Position numbers and translations under genes: made by a program. From positions 111,664,001 to 111,728,000 of the forward strand of contig NC_058373.1 in NCBI RefSeq assembly GCF_018350175.1: 64,000 nt of DNA. Reading direction: 5' to 3'. Under the pieces are notes generated by a model. That model had not been told where the DNA came from, did no database searches, and saw only the letters and a program-made list of their open reading frames with translations. Positions 52,333 to 64,000 of this stretch are shown here, piece by piece (position 1 is the first letter of the stretch; every line of letters begins with the position of its first letter). Source of the stretch: Felis catus. Lineage: Eukaryota.

Positions 52333-53227
52333 CTGTCATAGTACTTATCATACCACATTCTGATGTCTCAGTTCCTTCACCTCCCATCACATTGTTAGCA
52401 ACTCTAAAACAAGGTCCATGCCTTGTTCAGTATTTCTAGTCCCTGGCATGTGGTAGTCATTCAATGTATTTTGCTAAGTAAAGGAACAGATGAATATCTC
52501 TCATTAAATCATTTGAAGAGTTATCTTTTCCTTTTGTGAACAGATCTTAAGACTATTTCTCAAGTCATTTTGTGTCAGATTTTTCCTCGATCCAGAGGCT
52601 ATATAAAAGGGAAGTCCTTCTGATGGCACTTCCCAGTCTGATCCCCTGTAAAAAAAATCATCCAAATGTCCCAGCTCTCAGACTTTCCACTCGTAGGTCC
52701 CAAAGTAGCAAGACTTCTTTGTCTAAAGCATGAGGATGGTGTCTGATATAATGTATGAAAAGATATTCCCCTAGATCTGAGATGTTTACAAAGAAGTAGA
52801 TTTGGGCAAGTGCACTGGGTCTTTCCTGGTTTCTCTCAGAATCTGGGATCAAATATGGGGCAACAAATTCAGCGGGGTGTGTGCTGGTGTGGTGGGGGGT
52901 AGAAAAGTTTCCTGAGGAATCTACACATCTTTAGAGAGAGAAAAGCCCTTAAAGAAAGTTGAAGAAGAACTTTGGAGAAACCAGAAAATGATGAGAAACC
53001 TGAGGAACAGGAGTTTGATTCACTTTATTCTTATTTTGTCTGGGAATATGGTAGACGGTTGATGTCAGTGAGGAATAGGTGCTTGAATCCTCTGTTTTCT
53101 TTGCCATTAGAGGAAATGACCCCTACCTTTGAATGAACTAGGGGTCCAGGATCCCGGAGGTAGAAAAGAGAGAGCAAAACACGTGCCAACACCAGTGGTG
53201 AGCACAATGCAGTAAGAGTAGTTTGAA

Positions 53228-53451
53228 GGGGTGCCTGGGTGGCTCAGTTGGTTGAACGTCTGATTTCGGCTCAGGTCATGACCTCACAGTTCACAAGTTC
53301 AAGCCTCGCGTTGCGCTCTGTGCTGACAGCTCAGAGCCTGGAACCTGCTTTGGATTCTGTGTCTCCCTCTCTCTCTGCCCCTCCCCTGCTCGTGCTCTGT
53401 CCCTCTCTGTCTCTTAAAAGATAAAATAAAACATTAAAAAATTAAAAAAAA
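53228..53451 (+). mobile_element. Can-SINE (SINEC_Fc type)
   Basis: ggggtgcctgggtggctcagttggttgaacgtctgatttcggctcaggtcatga... TSD aagagtagtttg at 53214-53225 and 53452-53463. Confidence 0.95.
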
Positions 53452-54316
53452 AAGAGTAGTTTGGAAAAATCAGTCTTATAAACCCTCCATTGTTGTGTTT
53501 CAGGGTTGGACGTATCCTTATTCCCTCTTCAATTTCTTTCTCGGTGGAAAATGTCTCAAAAGAACAGCAAATTGAGTTGTTGGTATTGGGGCTTGTCATA
53601 TAAAAAAGGGAAAGGAAATTAGGGTCCTGTCTCTCTCTTCATGACTGTGCCATTTAGGAATTTTGCTTATTAAATGGGCCTTTCTTCTATGCCCGCAGAA
53701 ACTGTAGGGCTACGTTACTTTATCATTCTCCTGTGCCATCTTTCCCATCTCCCTTTGTCTCCTCCCTTTCAAAATGGTTTGGTCAGGAGACACTGAGATA
53801 CTGCTCTATTTCTCATAGCACACAGAGGAATTTCTGAAGCTCTAAGAAAATCCTAACCTAGCTAATTTTTAGAAACAGCAGAAAAGATGCATGGAACATC
53901 ATTGGGCACAGCCAAATGATTTAAATGAAATAACTCTGAGTTTACAATTTTCAAGAAGTAGGCTTTCATTGGCTTTGGTGTCTGCTTCTCCCTGTACGTT
54001 TGCATTTTGAGAAAGAGTCAGAATATGGAAATGAGAGGGCCTATTTCAATGAGGAAAACATTTAACTATCAGTAAAAGGAAAAAAAAAAAACTAAACAAA
54101 CCCGACTACAATGGTTTAAATAAATAAGGATTGTTTTTCTCTCAAAAAGGAAGTCTGGAGATAGTCCATTGCTGGTGTTGGTTTAGAGGTTTGATGATAC
54201 CAGGGCTAAGGCCATGGGGATGTCTTGGCAAGTCCCTCATGGTTGTCACATGGCTGTTCAGGCCATCATGTCTTCACTCAAGAAAGGGAAAATGCAGAAG
54301 GGACAAAAAGGTGGTA

Positions 54317-54729
54317 CAATAGTCCCCCCCCCCCCTTAATCTGCAGTTTTTCTTTCTGTATTTCAGTTACCTGTGGTCAACCACAGTCTGGAAGCAGATG
54401 TTTCTCCTTCTGATGGATTTTTATCATCTCTCATCAACACAAGAAGAAGCAGAAGGGTGAGTACAGCACAATAAGATATTTTGAGCCAGAGAAAGAGAGA
54501 CCACATTTACATAATGTGTATTACAGTATATTATTAAAATTGTTCTATTTTAATATTAATTATTATTGCTAATCTCTTATCTTAGCTGGTTTATCAAATA
54601 AAGTTTGTTATAGGTATGCAAGTATAGGGGAAAAAAACATAGTATATATAAGTTTTGGTACTATCCACAGTTTCAGGAATCCACTGGAGGTCTTAGAGCA
54701 TATCCCCTGTGGATATGAGGAGACTCCTG
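54317..54729 (+). mobile_element. MER44/Tigger7-family MITE, inside a probable antisense MLT1 LTR (~54060-54900)
   Basis: TA|caatagtccccccc...tttcagttacctgtggtcaaccacagtctg...ggtgagtacagcacaataagatattttgag...ggatatgaggagactcctg|TA. Confidence 0.85.
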
Positions 54730-55756
54730 TACTTTTTTTTTTTCCACTGGGAAAAACAATAACTTTTCAGAAGACCCTATCAGACATCGTTGCCTGGAAT
54801 GATGTCACATGGCCATTCCTCCATTCAAGGAAGGCTGGGAAAAAGAGACTTTTGCCTTCCCAGCTTTGTAAGAGAGCCAGTCAGGAGAATAGCGCTGGGA
54901 GTGTCTGTTGGCTCCACCTATCTTCAGTTTTCCATGGTGGCCCCCAGCCTCAGGTTGGAACATTCTCTGCCTGTCTTCTGTTTGTGCTTCATTGTTCTCC
55001 TTGCTAGTTCACATTAGTCAGACAAACTAGTTGGCTCAGCTTTTAGACCTTGTGTATATTACCTAATGGATTTAACAGACCTTTTTCAAAATGAGAAAAG
55101 CACACACTTTTAGGGGACAGAGGTGGGAGAAGCAGGCTGGGCAAGTACATGAAGAAAAAGCTTTGGAGGAGAACATCCTCGGAGTGCCGTTTGCCTTTGA
55201 ACCATGTCTGTCTAAAATACGCTATTATCACTTCCCAAACAGGTGGAAGCCAGTCCCAGTGTGAAGCAGACTCAGAAGCCTATAGCTTTGGGGCACATCA
55301 GGAAAGGCAGTCCCCTAGGGATCAATCAGAGGAGAAGCTCGGCTCCTCTACAAATCAACCTGACTCAAAACCCTCACAGGGAAATTGCTCACTCCTTCAG
55401 TGCATCATCGTAGGGCCCATTATAAAGAGTAACGAAAAAAGGACTCTGCCAGAACCCCAGAGCATGCTGGAGGTTGTGAGAAGGACCAGGTAATGTTTAA
55501 ACTGATTGTGGAGAGGCTGGCTTTCCATCAGAAAGGCTTTGCAGGAGTGCGGAGAGTGGGTGGAACAGCCAGGCATTTTCTCCATCCAGGAGGCACTCTG
55601 GCACTCTCTGAGCCCGTCCGTCCACAACTCTGTAACTCATTGCTTTCCTCAGCACCAGTGGCTTCTTCACCCCAGGATCAGAATGTCCATCACCATAGCA
55701 ACCTCAATAATGGCTTCAAATGAGATCTTTTCGATCCTCAAGGATGCTGATGTACA

Positions 55757-55854
55757 TTTTCTTTCTTTTCTCTCTCTCTCTTCTTCCTTTCCTTTCCTTC
55801 CCTTCTCTTTCTTTCCCTTCCCACTCTCTCTCCCTTTGTCTTTCCTTCTTCTCT
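55757..55854 (+). repeat. Polypyrimidine low-complexity tract (~100 nt)
   Basis: Almost pure C/T, with only two purines. Confidence 0.9.
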
Positions 55855-57799
55855 GCGAGGCAGGGCAGGGCAGTGGTGGAAGGGTAATGAAAGTCAGGGC
55901 TGAAATTAGCTGTTGAAGTTGCTACTCCAACAAGAAATGGCACATGCCTCGAGGCAGAGGATGAACAGATGGTGTGTAACTTGTACTCTCAGCCTCTTGA
56001 AGCATCTGCCCTCACACAGATTCTCAGATCCTCTCATAAGGAGAAGGGGATTTGCATTATGGCTACAGGAAATGAGAGAAATGGGATTGCTCTCCTAGGT
56101 AGAATTTTGATACATAAACAAGAAAATAAGAAGACCGTTTTTCTCTTATTGCTCTCTCTTGTGCTTGCTCGTTTTTCAGAAGCAGTCTGCTTTATGTGGA
56201 AAGATTCGACAATTCAATAAATCCAGCAAACTTTTATGGAGTGTCTTCTCTTTATTTTTATTTTATTGTTTATATCTCACCTCTTCCAACAGGAATTCCA
56301 GGCAGCTTACAATAAAGGACATAAAAGACAAGACTAATAAAATAGAAATCAGGACCAAACAAACAAACAAGCCGAAAAGCAAATATTCTAACCACTAGGG
56401 TTAACATAGTGGTAACTGGGGATTAAAATTTAATTTGAGAATCCTAAACTCAGTGACAAAAAAATTTATATTCTCATCAGTTTCTCTTGGAGAAAACAAT
56501 TTTTCTCCTACTAAATCCTGAAAGACAATTCTCTTGGGGAATTTGGATTTAGTTGACATTGAGTAGTATACCCTTCTTCTTCCTCCTCCCCTTCATCATA
56601 AGCATCAGTGACATTTATTGAGAATTATTTACTAAGTGACATTTATTTCTTGACATTTATTGAATATGCTAGCTACTGTCCCAAGCACTTTAGATATACT
56701 ATCTTATCCTTGAAATAATCTTAGGAGGTATGTGCTATTATTATCCTCATCATCTAGGAGGGAAAATTGAAATATAGATAAAGTCTTCTATATCATAGAC
56801 TTGGTTCCTGAGCCACTGTTCCTGCCAAGAAGATATGTTCATTTGTTGAACCTAACACTTAAGGTGTCCTTAAGGACCAGGACCGGCTTGTGTCAGAGAT
56901 CTTTCAGACCATTTACATGCCCCCAGGAGAGCCATGTGCTTTCTCAGGTGGAAGAACAGGGAGCTTTGCCTCAGTCAAGATGACCTAGACCTAAGCTGAT
57001 GAAGCTAATATTCTCGTTCCCACTGCCAAAGTTGTTCTTATTGTGGAAGGGGATGCAGAAGGTTGATTCTGGCCAAAGTCTATTCCATCCGTTTGGAAGT
57101 AAGAACTGAGAAATCAAGGTACTTCTGAGACATATGGTCCCACCTCATGGAGGCTTAGCATTCATGACCTGCTCAAACCAGTGAGGTCTGAACCTTCTTC
57201 AAGCACTTCAGTTTCTCCGTAATGCATGGCCTGCCTCACTTATAGACTAGAGGGCAATAGATGCTTTCCGTTCCAGAAAATCCTCTGACGTGAGGACCAG
57301 TAGACATCCCGCTCCAAACACACAAGACGGGGTGGTCTGGTGCAAGTATCAGGCTGCCAGGATGAGTTCCAGAGGGCAGAGGGGCTGATAGCCCAAAGTG
57401 GAGAAGTCTGCCCCGAATAGTTTTATTTTAGTCAAGATGCCACACAAATACTGTGGCACCAGTGAAGGTCTGGAGTGGTCTGAGCAACTATTCACAGTTT
57501 CTCTCTCTCTCTCTCACTTTGGCACGATTGGAGTCCTGTCCGTGAGTCTTGTGCTTATGTCCTTCAAAGAATTCGGCAGCCCGTCGAATCCGTTGGAGAT
57601 AACTGTACTGAAATGTTGCTTTCACCTAAGTCCATACCCAGGTTTCTTTTTCATTATCCACATTTTGTAGACCCCCAGCTGCACTCGTCTAGCACAGCTA
57701 GTGATGCTTTGCTCTTTCCCTTCAGATTCCCCCTCCCCCGCCCTCCACCCCATTATGATTTGCATGGGCATATTTGAAATTTGTCACATTCCTCTTCAT

Positions 57800-58045
57800 A
57801 ATAATCATTACTGTTTCTCAAGTGCTTATGATGTAGCGGGCGTGGAACTAAGAGGTTCACATAAATTAATTCATTGAAGCCTCCACTTTACAGGGTGGGG
57901 ATGATTATTGTTAATTTACACAAGACAAACTGAGGTTCAGAGAGGTCACATTACTGCCCCGGGTGCCGTAATTAGTAAGTGGCAGAAGTAGGATTTTACC
58001 CCAAGAGACTGACTCCAAAGCCTGAATTTGCACCACTCACTGACC
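57800..58045 (-). mobile_element. MIR SINE (representative; further MIRs near 10965, 22290, 22730, 25745, 27165, 27865, 28620, 36680, 38235, 39295, 56650, 62140, 63555)
   Basis: aaactgaggttcagagaggtcacattactgccc...agtaagtggcagaagtaggattt...ctgactccaaagcc. Confidence 0.8.
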
Positions 58046-58740
58046 GCCTTCACCTTACACTATTCATTGTACTACTGTGATGAAAAGTTTTACAAAATGG
58101 AGCACAGGAACTGTTTTGGATACACCACTACATGTTGCTTACACACGTCAAAAAGGCACTTTTTAACATCACCATTTTACTGAATTTTAATTGTGAATAT
58201 TAGGTTGTGTTTACATGTGTTATCTTTTAACCTGTTTGTAAATGGATAGCTACTCCAGAAAATAAATCTCTTAAGACTCAACGTGAGAAAAAAATCTTGT
58301 TAAATATTTTGTTAAAAATCATTTTGAGCTATTGCCAAAGAAACAGAAAATATTTACATTCCTCTGCATTTTATGATGTAATTTACATAAGTACTCATGC
58401 TATTCCTATCCATGAATGTCAGGCATCCTAGTTCTGGCCCCCTATGGTAACCTGTATCAGTGTAATTATGATTTCAGCCTTGTGAGCCAGGTTTGGGTGG
58501 CAACTTTGCAGTTCATTCAACACACAGGAGTCTCTGACTAATTCCTGGAAACTGACAGCGTAGACCAGAACTGGGAAAGGTTCTGAGGCCCTAAGAGCCT
58601 TGAGAAGATGCAAAGCAAAGCAGGGACCCAGGCCTGCTGTCGCTGCTGTCCCCTAATCACTGCCTGATCTGCAGAGACTGCTCTGAGCACCAGCACTGTA
58701 GCTAGCATTCTGGGGGCATCCAGTGACCTTTTCTTATTCT

Positions 58741-58965
58741 TTTTTTGTAAAAAAATTTTTTTAATGTTTATTTATCTTTGAGACAGAGAGAGACAGAGCA
58801 TGAACAGGGGAGGGGCAGAGGGAGAGGGAGACACAGAATCCGAAACAGGCTCCAGGCTCTGAGCGGTCAGCCCAGAGCCCGACGCGGGGCTTGAACTCAC
58901 GGACCGTGAGATCATGACCTGAGCCGAAGTCGGCCGCCCAACCAACCAAGCCACCCAGGCGCCCC
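58741..58965 (-). mobile_element. Young Can-SINE (SINEC_Fc)
   Basis: CpG-rich, near-consensus body. Perfect 16-bp TSD gaccttttcttattct at 58725-58740 and 58966-58981. Confidence 0.97.
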
Positions 58966-61282
58966 GACCTTTTCTTATTCTATCCCTCACTCCCAAATGT
59001 GACCTTGGGCTATCGATCTTCTGTCTGTGCCTAGGTTTTTCCATTTTTATAAGGGGTCCCCTCTCCTCTATTGGAAATGGCAGTTTTGCAAAAGGCTTTG
59101 TAGTCATTGAGGAAGGGAGGTCTTCAAATGAAAACCACTGCATCTATATCTGTATTTTTCTTTAGCATTAGATACAGCTGGCAGTTATGCTTTCTACTCT
59201 GTATTATAGGATGTTTGTGGGTGGGTGTGGAGAGCAGGAGCAAGTAAAGGGAACAACCTCCAAATGGCCCAAGGACAGAAAGAAGAAAGAGTTTCCTGTT
59301 TCCTCCTACAGTGCTTGTAATACAGCAAAAACAGTCTGTCTTTGGGCCACTGGTCAGCCACACAGCCCTGCATGGTTTTTATGACCTTCATCGACTAGAT
59401 TAAAGTAAGTCATTCTAATCAACACCTCATTGGTATCTCATGGGAGTCGGATTTTTTAAGTGTTCTGAAAATTTCGCCAAGCCAGCTGGTGAAGGCATGG
59501 ATGCTGGGGTCACAGGTCACCATAAACACAGAATCTAATAGCGGGATGCTTGCGGGGGTTTAACTACTGTTATCTACTGGGAGACCCATGCAGCACCATA
59601 GCGGCTCTTAAATCACATGGAAGAAAATTTTATGACTTGGAAAGAAGACAATGCAACCACTCTAACCCTGCTGCTTCCTATTAGGAAGAAAATGATTGGG
59701 GAACTCAGGAGCCACAGGGAAGCGTAGTACCAGTGACCATAAACCATGAGGGTTCAGCAGGAGAAGAAACAATTTCTCCAGCTTCAGACCCAGGAGGGAT
59801 GGAGAGAACAATGAAGGGGAAGGAATCTAAAGACAACCATAAAAACAGAAGGAAAATTGGAAACGGGAAGTCCCCTGGGTAATTCATTAAAGAGGGGAAT
59901 TAATTTCAGGTCAGACTATGCTGCCTCGGGTCTTCTCTACCAAATGAGGCGGCTGTTCAGGGCACCCATGCATTTCTGCATGGAACTCAGGGGAGTAATT
60001 CCACCCTGAGGTGGTCTCAGAGATCCCAGGCTCTCTGGGCTCAGCTCCCCTAGCCATACGCTTTGGCTACAGAGAGGTGCAGGGGCTGAAGAGGAATGCA
60101 TAGGGACAGGAAGTTTCTGCAGACCCACAGAGGGACCCAAGGTTATCAAGACCTCCGTGACTCTCGTGGACGTCTGCTTCATTCTAATAGTGATCCAGCC
60201 TCAGCTCTATTCCCTGACGTTGCAGATGGATTAGTCAGCAACTTATGGGTCACAGAATGAATGAATCAATCAATCAAACCCGCAGAAGCCAACTCCACAG
60301 AACAGTATGGGGGGGCAAGCCAGAGTGAGACTGGGACAGGTAATTCCTTAGACTGCTTTTCTGCTCTGCGTGCTGTGAGGACCAGAGGCCAACTAATGTT
60401 TGTAATCAGAGTCTGTAAAATGCTTTCTGAGCGTGCCCGGACACGTAGGCCATTGTGCAGCTCAGAACCTCCTAGAGAGTTGAGGGAATTTCTACTCTCT
60501 CTTCTCTTTCCCTCCAACGGTGCCAGGATGGGCCTAGTATGGGGAGATAAGCCAGAGGAGAGCATTCCAGAGCAAGGGAGTTTTCATATGAGGGTGTAGG
60601 AAAAATTCACTGGGTTTAGTTTTTCTTCCCCAGAGAGTGATCCATGATGGTTTCTTAGCTCACAGAGAAGTTACAATGAGTTTAAATGACTTACGATATA
60701 TTAAAGTATGTGTGAGGGTGTTTAAACACATCAGCGTATCCTAAGGCCACATAGCATATAGCAAAACCAAGATGTCTAATAAGATGCAATTAAGGCAATA
60801 GAAAATGAATGGCTATTACAGAGCAAATAAAGAGATATTTGAATAATCTGAACGTATGTAAACAAATAAATCATCTTGCATCCTTGGGTGATAATAAAAT
60901 TAAATAATACACTGTAGGATTGGAGCATTTCTTTGATTTCACAAGACTAAGGGAGGAACAAGGCTAGCATGGTTTTGATCTTCATAAATGTTATTAGTGA
61001 TGCTGAAAATTGCAGCTGAAGAACTCTATTACTGGCAATTAGGTAAAACAAGTAAAACCAGGAAATGGAAAGAAAGGCCTGGCTGATACAGAATTCCCAA
61101 AAGGCCGTTCACAAGCCTTGCATACTGTGGGGGGTCTGAGAAGCTAACATGTCGGCAGAGCCTGACAGCGTCTTGTGGGCATGCTGGGGTGGATGATGCA
61201 AGATTGAAAAGCATCGCTAACAGCACTACCCAAAGCAGAGAAACTTCTGACTCTCCCACTCACGTGATCCTAGGTTCAGAAT

Positions 61283-61835
61283 TGATTTATTCATAGATTT
61301 GTTCACTCCGCCAATATGTGCGGGCATCTATGTTGTATCAGGCTTTGCTCTGCGCCTGGGAGACAACACGGAGAATAAGACAAGCCAGGTCTTTACCATC
61401 ATGAGGCTTAAGTTCTGTGGGGAGTATATGGAAAATAAACAAGTAAGCCCGTAAGCAGCCAAGATAAAACCAGACAGTGATAATTGCTGTGAAGAAATGA
61501 CAAGGGTGATGGGATAGAGTGTGACTGGGGCGGTAATAGGATAAGGATAAGGTTAGGTAAGGATAAGGCTAGACCAGGACATCGGGGAGGGCCTCTGGGG
61601 AGCCGAGTGGCCTTTGAGCAGAGATTCGAATAGTGAGAAAGAGATGGTAATGTGGAAATCTTGGAGGAAGATCGTAGGCAGCGGGAATGGTGTGTACAAA
61701 AGTGCCGGGAAGGCCACAGCTTTGCTGTGCCTAAGAAACAGAAAGAGCCAGCATGTGTCACAAGGCCAAGGGGACCTGGGAAAAGTCTGAGATGCTGGCA
61801 AGGGCTAGATCTGGGAGGGTCTTGTAAACAAGAGT
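61283..61835 (-). mobile_element. L2 3' fragment
   Basis: tttattcat...catctatgttgtatcaggctttgctct...tttgagcagagattcgaa...aagaaacagaaagagccagcatg. Confidence 0.7.
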
Positions 61836-62745
61836 AACAAGGTGTCGGGAAACCAGGGAGAGGAGGGAGGGATGCGTTCTGGCCCACGTTGAAAGTCTAG
61901 GCAGGAAATTTACACCCGGTATTTGTGGGGGCCTCCCCAGTGGAAGAAGGAGTTTGGAAACGGGAGGAGATAATCTTGGACATGGGTCAGGCTGCCACAT
62001 GGCTGCAAGGGCAGGCTTGGGAAAACATCCAGACCGGTCAGCAAGCTGTTTTCCACCTTGTAGATGGAATGGCAGGAAAAGCCAAGCAGAGCTGACATCC
62101 ACACGCTAGGTGCTCCTCTGTGCCTTGCAGACACTTGATATATATCCACTCATTTTACCCTTATAACAGCCCTATTCCTATTCCTGTTCCAGGTGAGGAA
62201 ACTGAGGTACAGGGAGGTTACGTAAGTTACCCCAAACCATGCAGGTAACAAGGATCTGTATTCCAGGCAAGTGAGGCAGGTGTGCAGAGAGAAAAGCTAG
62301 ACAGCAAGTCTCCCTGAAGTCCCTGGGGCCATCTGGACCTGGGTTTTCCAGCCTTCTTGGGATGCTTGCCTTTGTTCCAGGAGATTCTCCTCCTCCTGTT
62401 TCCTGACTCCTCTTTCTGCCAATGCTGGCTTGAGCAGATTTCTGTTATATGCAACTAAGAGTCCTAGCTACCGAATATTTGAACTCTTAGTTGAGAGGAG
62501 CTAGTTTCTACATGAAGACACAGTGTGTTAGCTGGTGTCTCAGAGAAAAAGGGACACTTCCATCCCTTCCACAGACGATTATAATGACAGCATCATTAAT
62601 CACAAAGAGTATTTGTGGCACACTTATGACATATCAGGAGCTGTTTTGAGTCCTTCCTGTATATTAACTTATCCGATCCTCACAAACACCCTACGAAGGG
62701 CATGGTGTTGTTCTCTTCCTTTAGGGGAAACAGAGGCACAGAGAT

Positions 62746-63163
62746 AGTTATGAGTGACTTGTGTTCTCCCTCAAAATATTTTGAAGTCCTATCCCCCTCA
62801 TACCTCAGTATGTGACCTTACTTGGAAAAAGGGTTGTTGCAGGTATGATTCGTTATGGGGAGGTCATATCAGAGTAGTGTTGGCCTTACCCCAATATGAC
62901 TGCTGTCCCTACAAGAAAAGAGAGACACATGGGAAGAACACCATATGAAGATGGAGGGAGTGATCTACCAGTCAAGGAACAACAAGGATTTTGGATAACC
63001 ACCAGAAGTTTAGAGAGAGACAAACGGATTCTTCCTGAGAGCCTTCAGAAGGAACTATACCCCCCACCCCCTGATTTCAGATTTCTAGCTTCCAGAATAA
63101 ATTTCTGTTTTAAGCTCTCCAGTTTGCAGTACTTTGTTCTGGTAGGCCTAGGAAGTGAAATCA
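62746..63163 (+). mobile_element. MLT1C-like MaLR solo LTR inserted into a MIR
   Basis: ttgaagtcctatcccc...tgtgaccttacttggaaaaagggt...ccaccagaag...aataaatttctgttttaagc. Flanks gagat/gagaa look like a 5-bp TSD. MIR ggaaacagaggcacagaga...ttgcccacggtcacacagct is split across it. Confidence 0.88.
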
Positions 63164-64000
63164 GAGAAGCTGAGCCATTTGCCCACGGTCACACAGCTGG
63201 TGAGGTGGCAGAGGGAACATAAGCTGCATGAGCGTCTCAGCTGATGTTTTCAGCCTCCTCTGCAGTAACGCCCTCCATAGCAGTGCTGGGTGTTCTGTTG
63301 GAAGGGAGTCCTAATCAGATGGCCAGCCTGGAGCAGCTGGAGGAGAGTTGGAGTGTGCCTTTTTCTCTCTGCTCCTCTTTGGGGCTCAGGCAGGGAGGGT
63401 AAAGAGTTAATAAGTGTGCAGGACAATCTGGATTGGGCAGCCCGGCTGGAGTGAAGGAGAGCCTGCTCTCTCTGACAGATGGTCCCCCAGCATCTCCCTA
63501 GATACCTGCCTGGAATCGGTGCGGCGGGGCGGGTGTGCTGGAGGGGGGTGAGCACCAGACTTGGAATCCTGCTCGGCCTCCCTTTGGCTGGGTGACCTTG
63601 GGCCAGGGGCCCAACTTCCTCGTGCCTCAGTTTCCTCAAGTGGAAAAAAAGGACAAGTCTGACACCTCCCCACTGCCCAGTGTTGTTGTGGCAAATGTGG
63701 CAGTGAAAGTAACCGTGTCAGAGCGGGCCCAGGGCGGGACCTTAGAGACGAGAGAATAAGCACCCACCCTCTGTACTGCCATTCCCAGTCTGTGAGGCGC
63801 CACAAGTAACAGCCACGGGGTTTTCCTCTTTCCTTCCCTCTCCTTGTCTTTGTCCAAGCCGAGCTGACGGTGGCTTCTCAAGTTTGGCTCTTAGTATGCG
63901 CAGCTCTTCCTTAAGCTTCCAAGTGAGATGATCTGCATGAAAAATTAATTGTGTATTTTTTTTCTCCTTTTTTTTTTTCAAGTGAAGAAATTATTTAGGG

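Noticed and set aside
51948..52439. 163-aa ORF rich in YLSI/IHPS
   Set aside because: It is the translation of the (TCTA)n/(TCCA)n microsatellite.
61537..61572. Short (AGGATA)n-like run
   Set aside because: A small degenerate slippage repeat inside an L2 fragment.

Overview
This is mammalian genomic DNA. Nine tRNA-Lys-derived Can-SINE-type elements, most matching the felid SINEC_Fc consensus as I recall it, point to a cat or close feliform. The first ~14 kb is the 3' end of FUT8 (alpha-1,6-fucosyltransferase) on the + strand: the penultimate coding exon (4777-4927), a 7.9 kb final intron, the last coding exon with the SH3 domain (12827-13144), and a ~0.8 kb 3' UTR with tandem poly(A) signals and miR-34 and miR-122 seed sites. 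The remaining ~50 kb has no recognisable protein-coding gene. It is filled with old and young transposable elements (MIR, L2, L3/CR1, L1M, MaLR/ERVL solo LTRs, hAT and Tigger MITEs, Can-SINEs), often nested, plus microsatellites and a few non-repeat, motif-rich stretches that may be enhancers or non-coding exons. All ORFs in the track except the FUT8 one look spurious or repeat-derived. I found no evidence of a new multi-gene system. The most testable leads are regulatory: a miR-122 site sitting in the cleavage zone of the proximal FUT8 poly(A) signal, a young SINE that may be polymorphic, candidate enhancers and candidate readthrough exons. Repeat family names come from remembered consensus sequences, and boundaries of old elements are approximate.
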